A stretch of DNA of 32,641 bases from an uncultured Gammaproteobacteria bacterium (GTDB lineage Bacteria > Patescibacteriota > Patescibacteriia > CAZCGY01): NCBI GenBank assembly GCA_964498355.1, contig CAZCGY010000003.1, positions 1,529 to 34,169 on the forward strand, written 5' to 3'. Positions 25,860 to 32,272 of this stretch are shown here, piece after piece. Both the position numbers and the translations under genes were made by a program. Within the stretch, counting starts at the first letter, position 1. Every line of letters begins with the position of its first letter. The notes under the pieces were generated by a model. The model did no database searches. It was not told the DNA's origin and saw only the letters and a list, made by a program, of their open reading frames with translations.

Positions 25860-26453
25860 CCGGGCGATCGTGTTGGCGACATCGAAACAGTCTAGACATG
25901 CAGCCAGGTACTTCTCTTCAGATCCTGCTTCAAGTCGCTTCGAATCCGGCATTGCTGCGCGTCCGTCGACGAGCTTGAGGTTGCGTGTCGCGTGTTTTTT
26001 GAAGCACAGCATGCAAATGGCATTGTGCGTCTCGTGCTCTGCCTCGGCAACCCCGAGAACAGCAAGAGTCGGTTCGAAGGGCCTTCCCTGAAAATCCGTC
26101 CGAAGCCCGCAATACAGAACGAAATGTCCTTCTGTATACAGGTGGTGGAGATGCTCCGCAATCACGGGGCGAAGAAAGTGGCCCTCTTCCACGAACACGG
26201 CATCGTAGAGGCAGCCTTCGGTGTAGACGCGCTCTTCTTCACCGTTCTGAAGAATGATCGGTTGTACCCCTTCGAGCTTCGCTTTTGTGTGCGAGACAAG
26301 TTCGCTCTCTTCGCCAGGACGGATGGATTCGACATGCCGGAAAACGCCGACACGCTTTCGCGCACGCTGCAGGCGTCGTCCGTAGCCAATCATGGCTTCA
26401 GTCTTTCCGCCAAACATCGTGCCGTCAATCACGATAAAACGAACGAACTCCAT
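25851..26453 (-). CDS. tdk: Thymidine kinase (TK1 type)
   Basis: 200 aa: P-loop GTMFGGKT, FVEEGHF, and a C-terminal zinc lasso (CMLC ... CLDC). GGAGGG SD upstream. Confidence 0.9.
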   Translation of the reverse strand: MEFVRFIVIDGTMFGGKTEAMIGYGRRLQRARKRVGVFRHVESIRPGEESELVSHTKAKLEGVQPIILQNGEEERVYTEGCLYDAVFVEEGHFLRPVIAEHLHHLYTEGHFVLYCGLRTDFQGRPFEPTLAVLGVAEAEHETHNAICMLCFKKHATRNLKLVDGRAAMPDSKRLEAGSEEKYLAACLDCFDVANTIARAQ

Positions 26454-26487
26454 ACAGAATCCCTCCTCTGCATCCTCAGCCTCCTGC

Positions 26488-26496
26488 AGGATACCA
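26488..26496 (-). promoter_or_regulatory. Extended -10-like element TGgTATCCT upstream of tdk
   Basis: Sequence match, 34 nt upstream of the tdk ATG, with an SD in between. Confidence 0.3.
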
Positions 26497-26518
26497 CGAG
26501 CAGCGTTGTGTCACAAAA

Positions 26519-26881
26519 TTATGCTGATGGTGCCCCGTTATCCGATCCCGTCAGGACGCGCAAAAGCCACCATCCCAAACCGCCAATGCCAAAGAGCATC
26601 GCCACCCATACCAATGCTGTCCGGATGTAGACCCTTGTATCCGGCGCGAAGACCCAAAGGATCGCACTGATGGCCATACACACGAGCATAAGCCAGAAGA
26701 CAAACGCATCAAGCGTGAGGAAAATCTGCGCGAGGATGTTTGTGCCTCCTGCTGGCGTGTTCGCAGCAAAGATGACGGCAACGACGATGGTCAAAATATT
26801 GAGCACGACGAGCACAAACAGCGAGACAAGGCCGATGCGGCGAAGTAACCAGTGAAAGCTGTCTGTATTTTCTATGGCCAT
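26519..26881 (-). CDS. Hypothetical 4-TM membrane protein (120 aa)
   Basis: Four clear hydrophobic segments; no motif recognised. Confidence 0.6.
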   Translation of the reverse strand: MAIENTDSFHWLLRRIGLVSLFVLVVLNILTIVVAVIFAANTPAGGTNILAQIFLTLDAFVFWLMLVCMAISAILWVFAPDTRVYIRTALVWVAMLFGIGGLGWWLLRVLTGSDNGAPSA

Positions 26882-26932
26882 GGCCTGTCAAGAATTCAGT
26901 CCTCAGCAATCTGCACGTGTGTGAGGATGCGA

Positions 26933-27442
26933 TTACTGCGGCGTGGTATACCGGTCTGCAACTTTTGAAGCGGCGACGGCGTCCGGTTTTGTGCGTACAG
27001 GAAATCCGTTTGCACGAACCATCCCGACTATTTCTTGAATGAGGAGACGGGTTGGCCCACGGTGCCCGATATCAACGTGGATTTCGATATCGTTGATCAA
27101 GAGGGCAGAGATTCCCGGATCCTCAAGAAGATGCCGAGCGACATTGATCGAGGTCTGAGCCTCCTGATACATGCGCAACTGCAACGTTGCAAGGTGCTGA
27201 AAACGCTGTTTCAAAACAAAGTAGATGCCGCCATTCCCTTGGCGGTGCAAAACGACTGCACTCACGAGCATGGTTGTCTCGCCGCGGCCGGCAAGAGAAT
27301 CGGTGCCGATCAGCAAGCGGTATGCCGCCTGCGGTTGCATACGAAGAAACTCACCCATGAGTTCAACCATACGTGACAGGGTGATGCTCCCGTGCGTTGG
27401 ACTTAAAAAACGCGGTTGCCACAATGCTGGATGAAGAGGCAT
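26933..27442 (-). CDS. YkuK/DUF458-like protein (RNase H-like fold family)
   Basis: YRLLIGTDS, IEIHVDIGHRGPT..L..EIVGMV.ANGF and KPDAVAAS.VADRYT match my recollection of the YkuK family. ATG 27442 lies 7 nt after AAAGGAG; the track ATG at 27472 sits inside the -10 box. Confidence 0.75.
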   Translation of the reverse strand: MPLHPALWQPRFLSPTHGSITLSRMVELMGEFLRMQPQAAYRLLIGTDSLAGRGETTMLVSAVVLHRQGNGGIYFVLKQRFQHLATLQLRMYQEAQTSINVARHLLEDPGISALLINDIEIHVDIGHRGPTRLLIQEIVGMVRANGFPVRTKPDAVAASKVADRYTTPQ

Positions 27443-27462
27443 GCTGCTACTCCTTTCAAGGC

Positions 27463-27471
27463 AGTATACCA
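27463..27471 (-). promoter_or_regulatory. Extended -10 promoter TGgTATACT for the DUF458 gene
   Basis: Full 9-nt match; an SD and the ATG follow within 30 nt. Confidence 0.45.
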
Positions 27472-27487
27472 CAGACGGATCATTCCG

Positions 27488-28777
27488 TCAGTCACTCATC
27501 TGTTCATCGCCGGCAATCACCACGTGCTCATCCAGCGGTTCCTCAAGCGTGATGGTCTTGCGAAAACCGATCCGCTCCGGCGCGTGCCCTGCCGTCGCCC
27601 ATATACTTCCGCGTGTCACGGTGTACTCGCCGTACCGGTCGTTGACACGGTCGAGCGCGTGGGTCAGCGCATCCCGTGCACGGGGGTCACTCCAGAACGA
27701 GAGTTGATGAACGCGGGGCATGAGCATCCATGTGGTCACTGCCAGCGCCAGGACTTGCTTCCCGTCCGCGGCAGCATCCAGTAATGCCGCGCTTGGCCGA
27801 AAAATATCCTCGGTGTCGAAGAGTGGCCGCGCCATCTTCATGGAACGATGGAATGCGTCGTCATCCACAAACGACCACCAGACCGACAGTCCGCCCGCCT
27901 GTAGCTTTCGCTCGCGCAGCCGCCGGCCTGTTTTTTCGCAGAGCTTCATGAGCACGCGGCGCGGCAGATCACGTTCCCTGCGGTCAGTGAGAACATGCGA
28001 GTGGCCGATGGACTTTGGGTTGCGCCGCTCTTCCGGGCCGCCGAGTTCGATAGCGTTGACGTTGGCCCAAAGATAGTAACCGGGCATCCCGAACTCCTGG
28101 GTCAGCAGGTGGATGGGTGCTGCCCGCAACTCATTGAGCGTGGAGATACCCAGAGCATTGAAACGGCGCTCCATGCGCTTGCCAATCCCCCATGCGTCCG
28201 TGAGTTTCACCGTGTCGTAATACTTGGGCAGGGCTTCCCTCGACAGAACCAGAACCGTTCCTTTCGGTGCCGTATCACCCGCAAACTTTGCAAGCCAGCG
28301 GGTTGGCGCAACACCAATGGAGCACGTCAGCCATTCGCCCACCGTATCCTTGATCTGTTGCTGCAAACGCTTGCCCAGAGCCTCCCCCTCCTCAAGGGAA
28401 TGGACATAGCCCGTGAGATCCAAAAATGCCTCATCGATGCTGTATGGCTCGATGCGTTCGGTGTATCGTCGCAGGATGGAAAAGATTTTCCTCGTCGTGG
28501 ACCGGTACTTCTTCGCATCGCACTCGACCAGCACAATCTTTGGATCCAGAAAGAGCGCATCCTTCACCCGGCAGCCCGTTTTGATTCCCTTGGCTTTTGC
28601 TTCTTTGGACGACGCGATAATGCATCCATAATTCGTCATCGTTGCGCAGACGCCGACCGGCTTGCCACGCAGAAAAGGATTTGCCTGCTGTTCCACAGAA
28701 GCAAAGTAGGAGTTCATGTCGATGTGGAGAATGACGGGGTTCATGGATGGTGTGCTCAAAAAAACGAAACGAAGCAT
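27488..28777 (-). CDS. dinB: Y-family DNA polymerase (DinB/Pol IV-like), catalytic residues intact
   Basis: ILHIDMNSYFASVEQ and YSIDEAFLDLTG catalytic acidic motifs, plus HhH GIGKRMERRFNALGI. The ATG at 28744 (MNPVILHID...) fits the family N-terminus better than 28777. Confidence 0.9.
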   Translation of the reverse strand: MLRFVFLSTPSMNPVILHIDMNSYFASVEQQANPFLRGKPVGVCATMTNYGCIIASSKEAKAKGIKTGCRVKDALFLDPKIVLVECDAKKYRSTTRKIFSILRRYTERIEPYSIDEAFLDLTGYVHSLEEGEALGKRLQQQIKDTVGEWLTCSIGVAPTRWLAKFAGDTAPKGTVLVLSREALPKYYDTVKLTDAWGIGKRMERRFNALGISTLNELRAAPIHLLTQEFGMPGYYLWANVNAIELGGPEERRNPKSIGHSHVLTDRRERDLPRRVLMKLCEKTGRRLRERKLQAGGLSVWWSFVDDDAFHRSMKMARPLFDTEDIFRPSAALLDAAADGKQVLALAVTTWMLMPRVHQLSFWSDPRARDALTHALDRVNDRYGEYTVTRGSIWATAGHAPERIGFRKTITLEEPLDEHVVIAGDEQMSD

Positions 28778-28787
28778 CTAAAGAGTA

Positions 28788-29036
28788 CTAGCCATCCGTG
28801 TACACCTCGGTGAGAGTCCAGGAGAGATCGAACGGGTTATACATGAGGGTAAAGGCGTTCCCCTCATCCGAGACCGAGAAATAGAACCTTTTGGTGGGCC
28901 CTGTGCCGCTTTCTGACACAAGATTGACCTTTTTGACGGTATAGCGTCGTCCGCCGTGCAAAAACACCATAGGGCGAATCCTAGGGCCTTGAAAGTCCAC
29001 CACGACGCGGATGGGTTCATTGAAGCGCTCAATCAT
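28788..29036 (-). CDS. Hypothetical 82-aa protein immediately upstream of the Y-family polymerase
   Basis: MIERFNEPIRVVVDFQGPRIRPMVFLHGGRRYTVKKVNLVSESGTGPTKRFYFSVSDEGNAFTLMYNPFDLSWTLTEVYTDG. Beta-strand-like composition; AAGGTG SD; stop is 10 nt from the first dinB ATG. The other frame (28778-29032) looks non-coding. Confidence 0.6.
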   Translation of the reverse strand: MIERFNEPIRVVVDFQGPRIRPMVFLHGGRRYTVKKVNLVSESGTGPTKRFYFSVSDEGNAFTLMYNPFDLSWTLTEVYTDG

Positions 29037-29038
29037 AG

Positions 29039-29060
29039 ACACCTTTTAGCTAAAAGGTGT
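29039..29060. promoter_or_regulatory. Perfect 22-bp palindrome ACACCTTTTA-GC-TAAAAGGTGT between the -10 box and the start codon
   Basis: Exact self-complement. The right arm contains the SD of the 82-aa ORF. Confidence 0.6.
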
Positions 29061-29064
29061 TGTC

Positions 29065-29070
29065 AGTATA
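29065..29070 (-). promoter_or_regulatory. -10 box TATACT for the 82-aa ORF / dinB unit
   Basis: Minus strand ggtTATACTgaca followed directly by the palindrome. Confidence 0.35.
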
Positions 29071-29188
29071 ACCGAAGAAAAGCCGAAGGTCAATAAGCGC
29101 ACCGAAAGCTGCCTTTTTTGCAACCTGGACATATCTACCACAGTTTGTTAAAGTCTGCCCCGTCTTCACAAAAATCCAGAGGTAGACA

Positions 29189-29899
29189 ATGCAACGTTCT
29201 TTGATTCTCGGCGGAACAAAAGGCCTTGGGGCTTCAATCGCAAGACTCTCGGCTGAAGCAGGAATCCAGCCCGTCATCGTAGGCCGCTCCAAAGGCAAGA
29301 TTGCGGAGATGAAGCTCGCCGGTGGTGAAGGAATGATCTTTGACCTCAGCGAGATCAGCGATAGTTTCAAGTTTGCTCACAGCATTCCAGGCGACATCGA
29401 AACAATCAGTCACATCTTCTGGGTCGTTGGAGTCGGGCAGCAAGGCCCGATGAAAACGTTCTCTGGTGAAGAGATGATGAGGATCTTCTCTACGGTCTTT
29501 CTGGGACCATTCATCGCGCTCCATTCGATCAATGTCCATCGTCAGACATCCTACCATCTCGTGGTTGTGTGTTCAGCAACGTCGTGGAAAATTCGCGACA
29601 ATGAACTGGCCTATGGCTCTGCCAAGGCTGCCCAGGCCCAGGCAGCGCGCAACATCTCCCGCGAGTTGGATCGGGACCTGCCCGGATCAAGGGTGACGCT
29701 TGTCCACCCTGGTGGCATGCGGACACCGTTCTGGGACAATACTGGAGTCGACACAAGTTCCTTCCTCGACCCGGATAAGGTTGCCCGTATCATCTGGGAC
29801 CATATCACCGGGCAAAAGCAAAGTTTCCTTGAATTCCAAATTCACCGTCAGAAGGACGGATCGCCGCTTGTTGAATACGGCCCGCGCCTGCCAGAATAA
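29189..29899 (+). CDS. Short-chain dehydrogenase/reductase family oxidoreductase
   Basis: 236 aa: ILGGTKGLGASIA nucleotide-binding loop, YGSAKAA (YxxxK) catalytic motif, HPGGMRTPF. Confidence 0.85.
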   Translation: MQRSLILGGTKGLGASIARLSAEAGIQPVIVGRSKGKIAEMKLAGGEGMIFDLSEISDSFKFAHSIPGDIETISHIFWVVGVGQQGPMKTFSGEEMMRIFSTVFLGPFIALHSINVHRQTSYHLVVVCSATSWKIRDNELAYGSAKAAQAQAARNISRELDRDLPGSRVTLVHPGGMRTPFWDNTGVDTSSFLDPDKVARIIWDHITGQKQSFLEFQIHRQKDGSPLVEYGPRLPE

Positions 29900-29904
29900 A
29901 CACT

Positions 29905-29931
29905 CACCCCTAGCCCGGGTGTTTTTCTTTT
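29905..29931 (+). terminator. Rho-independent terminator after the SDR gene
   Basis: CACCC-ctagcc-GGGTG followed by TTTTTCTTTT. Confidence 0.5.
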
Positions 29932-29936
29932 GAATC

Positions 29937-30078
29937 TCACACAACGGTCACTGGGCTGGCATTCACCAGCTCCACCTCCATGTTCGCTCCAAACTCGCGC
30001 CCGCCGCATGGCGGGACATCCAGCTTGTGTTCGGCAGAACACGTGCCCAGGTATTCACCGGGTGAACTTCTCGAGTTG
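29937..30078 (-). pseudogene. Decayed 3' fragment of a second D-aminoacyl-tRNA deacylase (dtd) gene
   Basis: Minus-strand translation ...GEYLGTCSAEHKLDVPPCGGREFGANMEVELVNASPVTVV* parallels the intact Dtd C-terminus GEFGADMQVELVNDGPVTIILDS. An upstream QLEKFTR piece is in another frame. No start codon; in-frame TAG at 30096-30098. Confidence 0.7.
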
Positions 30079-30081
30079 TTA

Positions 30082-30090
30082 TGGTATGAT
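30082..30090 (+). promoter_or_regulatory. Extended -10 promoter TGgTATGAT for the 78-aa gene
   Basis: Sequence match, 30 nt upstream of ATG 30121, with GGAGGTGA in between. Confidence 0.45.
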
Positions 30091-30120
30091 TCTCTCTAAC
30101 AATGCTCGGAGGTGAGTTTC

Positions 30121-30357
30121 ATGGGACGTGTGATTACGGTCCTTTTGGGCCCGAATGAAGAAGACAACACTGCGGCCCTAAAGCTGTTGGACATACTAAA
30201 AGATGAAAAGTTGTTCATTGTTGGGGATTGCGCTGGACTCTCGAAATACGTCCTCATGCCATACATTGCGACTCGGGATCAAGGCCGTTTTTATGGAGTG
30301 GACTCAATCCGCGACTTTGTAGAGGCGCCAAGTCCCACCCCCGATAGGCCAGCGTAA
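30121..30357 (+). CDS. Hypothetical 78-aa protein, monocistronic
   Basis: Strong SD GGAGGTGA 5 nt before the ATG, its own -10 box and its own terminator. MGRVITVLLGPNEEDN...LFIVGDCAG...PYIATRDQGRFYGVDSIRDFV has a beta-alpha-beta, glutaredoxin-like pattern without CxxC (weak impression). Confidence 0.65.
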   Translation: MGRVITVLLGPNEEDNTAALKLLDILKDEKLFIVGDCAGLSKYVLMPYIATRDQGRFYGVDSIRDFVEAPSPTPDRPA

Positions 30358-30369
30358 CTGGCCTTTTTT
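30346..30369 (+). terminator. Rho-independent terminator of the 78-aa gene
   Basis: AGGCCAG-cgtaa-CTGGCCT followed by TTTTTT. The stem spans the TAA stop. Confidence 0.7.
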
Positions 30370-30473
30370 CATAGTCCGGTTCCCCACGAGTTTCGGTGAG
30401 AGCTTGCACTTCATCGCGTCGCATGGATCTTGAACCCTGGCCATTTCCGGCACCATCCTGTACACTTTGTCCT

Positions 30474-30635
30474 ATGACACCTTGCACAACGTGCGGCAAG
30501 GAAACAGAAGGGTACAAGTGCGACATCTGTGGAGCCGAATCGGCAGCACACGATGACCAGCACGCCCATGGCGGCGACCACTGCATGCCGAAATGCAAGG
30601 CATGCAGCCAGGCGCAGACCAAGTGTACCTGCTAA
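30474..30635 (+). CDS. 53-aa Cys/His-rich putative metal-binding protein
   Basis: MTPCTTCGKETEGYKCDICGAESAAHDDQHAHGGDHCMPKCKACSQAQTKCTC: 9 Cys and 4 His. CxxC-x8-CxxC knuckles followed by a HxHxxxxHC...C..C......C.C cluster. TACACT box lies 7 nt before the ATG. Confidence 0.6.
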   Translation: MTPCTTCGKETEGYKCDICGAESAAHDDQHAHGGDHCMPKCKACSQAQTKCTC

Positions 30636-30651
30636 ATCACTGCCGCAACGC

Positions 30652-30675
30652 AAAAGCTGCCCATGGGCAGCTTTT
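30652..30675. terminator. Bidirectional terminator hairpin between convergent genes
   Basis: AAAAGCTGCCCATGGGCAGCTTTT: a perfect palindrome flanked by A4/T4. Confidence 0.7.
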
Positions 30676-30731
30676 GGCTACATGCCTCGGACAAGAGATA
30701 CGGGTATGCTTCAAAAGAGCCCCCCACCTGA

Positions 30732-31247
30732 CTATGCAAGCAAGAGCATCACGAAAATACCGGCGGAATTGAGCAGGAAAGAAAGTACAAGAAACCGCCG
30801 TGTCCTCATTGAGGAGAGACCAAGGAATCCGGCGGCGAGTTCGTCCGGCAACGGAGAGGCGAGAATGACCGCCCCAGCAAGCGTTGTCACCCATGTGGGA
30901 AGCCGATGGCGTAACGCCAAGCGTTCTTTGAAATGCTCGAGCAATGTTGGGCGCAGTGCATGCCGAACGACCTCAAAGACCAGAACGTCATAGAGCAAGG
31001 CCCCAAGTCCGCCAAAAAGAGCGGCCCAAAAAGGGTGGAGGCCCTCGAGTGAAAAAAAGAAAACCGTTGCGAGAGGTGCGGTGACGCTGATTGCGTAAAG
31101 GATGCCGCTCACAAATGCGCCGCTGTATCCACTTCCGCCAACCGCGTGGAGAACGACACGTGCGTTCGGCGCGACACTCACAACGACGGCGATGAGACAT
31201 CCGAGCAGGAATAGCGCCAACGCTGTTTGTGTGCGCCGGAGCGTCAT
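30732..31247 (-). CDS. Hypothetical polytopic membrane protein (171 aa), translationally coupled to dtd
   Basis: Five to six hydrophobic segments. ATGA overlap with the dtd stop (31244-31247). Confidence 0.65.
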   Translation of the reverse strand: MTLRRTQTALALFLLGCLIAVVVSVAPNARVVLHAVGGSGYSGAFVSGILYAISVTAPLATVFFFSLEGLHPFWAALFGGLGALLYDVLVFEVVRHALRPTLLEHFKERLALRHRLPTWVTTLAGAVILASPLPDELAAGFLGLSSMRTRRFLVLSFLLNSAGIFVMLLLA

Positions 31248-31693
31248 GAGGGCTGCTCCGAATCGAGGATGATCGTCACCGGCCCGTCGTTGACGAGCTC
31301 CACCTGCATGTCCGCACCAAATTCTCCAGTCGAGACCGCCATCCCCCGTTCCTTTGCCATCTGGATGAACTTCTCGTAGTACGCCCTCGCCTTCTCAGAA
31401 GCGGCTGCGTGGATGAAACTCGGACGGCGTCCCTTTTGGACGTCGGCAAGCAAGGTAAATTGAGAAATAATAAGAAGCCCGCCGTGGATATCCATGACCG
31501 AGAGATTCAATTTCCCTTCTGTATCACCAAAAATTCGAAGCTCGAGCACTTTCTCGAGCATCCACGTAAGATCTGGATCCTCATCATCCTCTGCGACCCC
31601 AAGAAGGACAACAAGACCCTTTTTGATTGCACCAAGCTCGCGCCCGCCGCTGGTGACATGGGCATGCGATGCACGCTGAAGTACGACCTTCAT
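31244..31693 (-). CDS. dtd: D-aminoacyl-tRNA deacylase
   Basis: 149 aa from ATG 31693: MKVVLQRA..., ISQFTLLAD, GRRPSF and the C-terminal GADMQVELVNDGPVT motif. Confidence 0.92.
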   Translation of the reverse strand: MKVVLQRASHAHVTSGGRELGAIKKGLVVLLGVAEDDEDPDLTWMLEKVLELRIFGDTEGKLNLSVMDIHGGLLIISQFTLLADVQKGRRPSFIHAAASEKARAYYEKFIQMAKERGMAVSTGEFGADMQVELVNDGPVTIILDSEQPS

Positions 31694-31920
31694 GACGTTG
31701 GCACCGCTGGATCCGCAGCAGGATGCGGCTGGGCTTTTTCCCACATCTCGAGTCCTTCAGCGAACTCATCGTCGCCGTCTGGCGTTCCAGAAAGGCACGA
31801 GATGCATTCACTGAATGCATCACCCGGCTTATAGTCCTTGTGGTAGCCGCAAGGGACGCAAACGTATTCCCCTTCCTCTGGCACCGTCTCACCTTTATTG
31901 AATGTCTTTTTTTCCTCCAT
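31690..31920 (-). CDS. Rubredoxin-like / zinc-ribbon small protein (76 aa)
   Basis: MEEKKTF...EGEYVCVPCGYH...FSECISCLSG: a YxCxxCGY knuckle plus a second CxxC, then an acidic tail. ATGA overlap with the dtd start. Confidence 0.6.
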   Translation of the reverse strand: MEEKKTFNKGETVPEEGEYVCVPCGYHKDYKPGDAFSECISCLSGTPDGDDEFAEGLEMWEKAQPHPAADPAVPTS

Positions 31921-31939
31921 TCTTTTCACGGAGAGTGAA

Positions 31940-32269
31940 CTACCGTTGACGCACGACACGAAAGAGCTGGCGGGAATTCATGCCGAAGACGAAAAGCACG
32001 ACAAGAAGCACAAGAAAGCCCCACCATCCGCCGAACAGTTGGAATGAACCGATGAGTCCTGCGATCACGATACTCAGTTCAACGAGTCCACGAAGTACAC
32101 TGGGGATCGGAACCATTGCGCGATCCGTAGTGATGCCTGTTGTCACGGATACCAGTGCGGCAGAGAGCCCCCAACCCCAGCCGAATGCCTTCCAGAGGAC
32201 GACCCAAAAGAGAACCGCAATGCCGAGACGAAGGAGAACGATGGGAGATCGTGAACGATGGTCGCTCAT
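31940..32269 (-). CDS. Hypothetical 3-TM membrane protein (109 aa)
   Basis: Hydrophobic segments rich in W/G. Starts 3 nt after the pyrG stop. Confidence 0.55.
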   Translation of the reverse strand: MSDHRSRSPIVLLRLGIAVLFWVVLWKAFGWGWGLSAALVSVTTGITTDRAMVPIPSVLRGLVELSIVIAGLIGSFQLFGGWWGFLVLLVVLFVFGMNSRQLFRVVRQR

Positions 32270-32272
32270 AGG

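Noticed and set aside
25992-26630. 212-aa plus-strand ORF opposite tdk
   Set aside because: Antisense to a gene with a clear thymidine kinase P-loop and zinc lasso.
27995-28813. 272-aa plus-strand ORF opposite the Y-family polymerase
   Set aside because: The antisense frame has no recognisable motifs, and the polymerase frame has the catalytic motifs.
29848-30115. Track ORFs 29848-30042 (minus) and 29930-30115 (plus)
   Set aside because: Both are Arg/Gly/Cys-rich with no SD. The region is better explained as a terminator plus the decayed dtd fragment read in a different frame.
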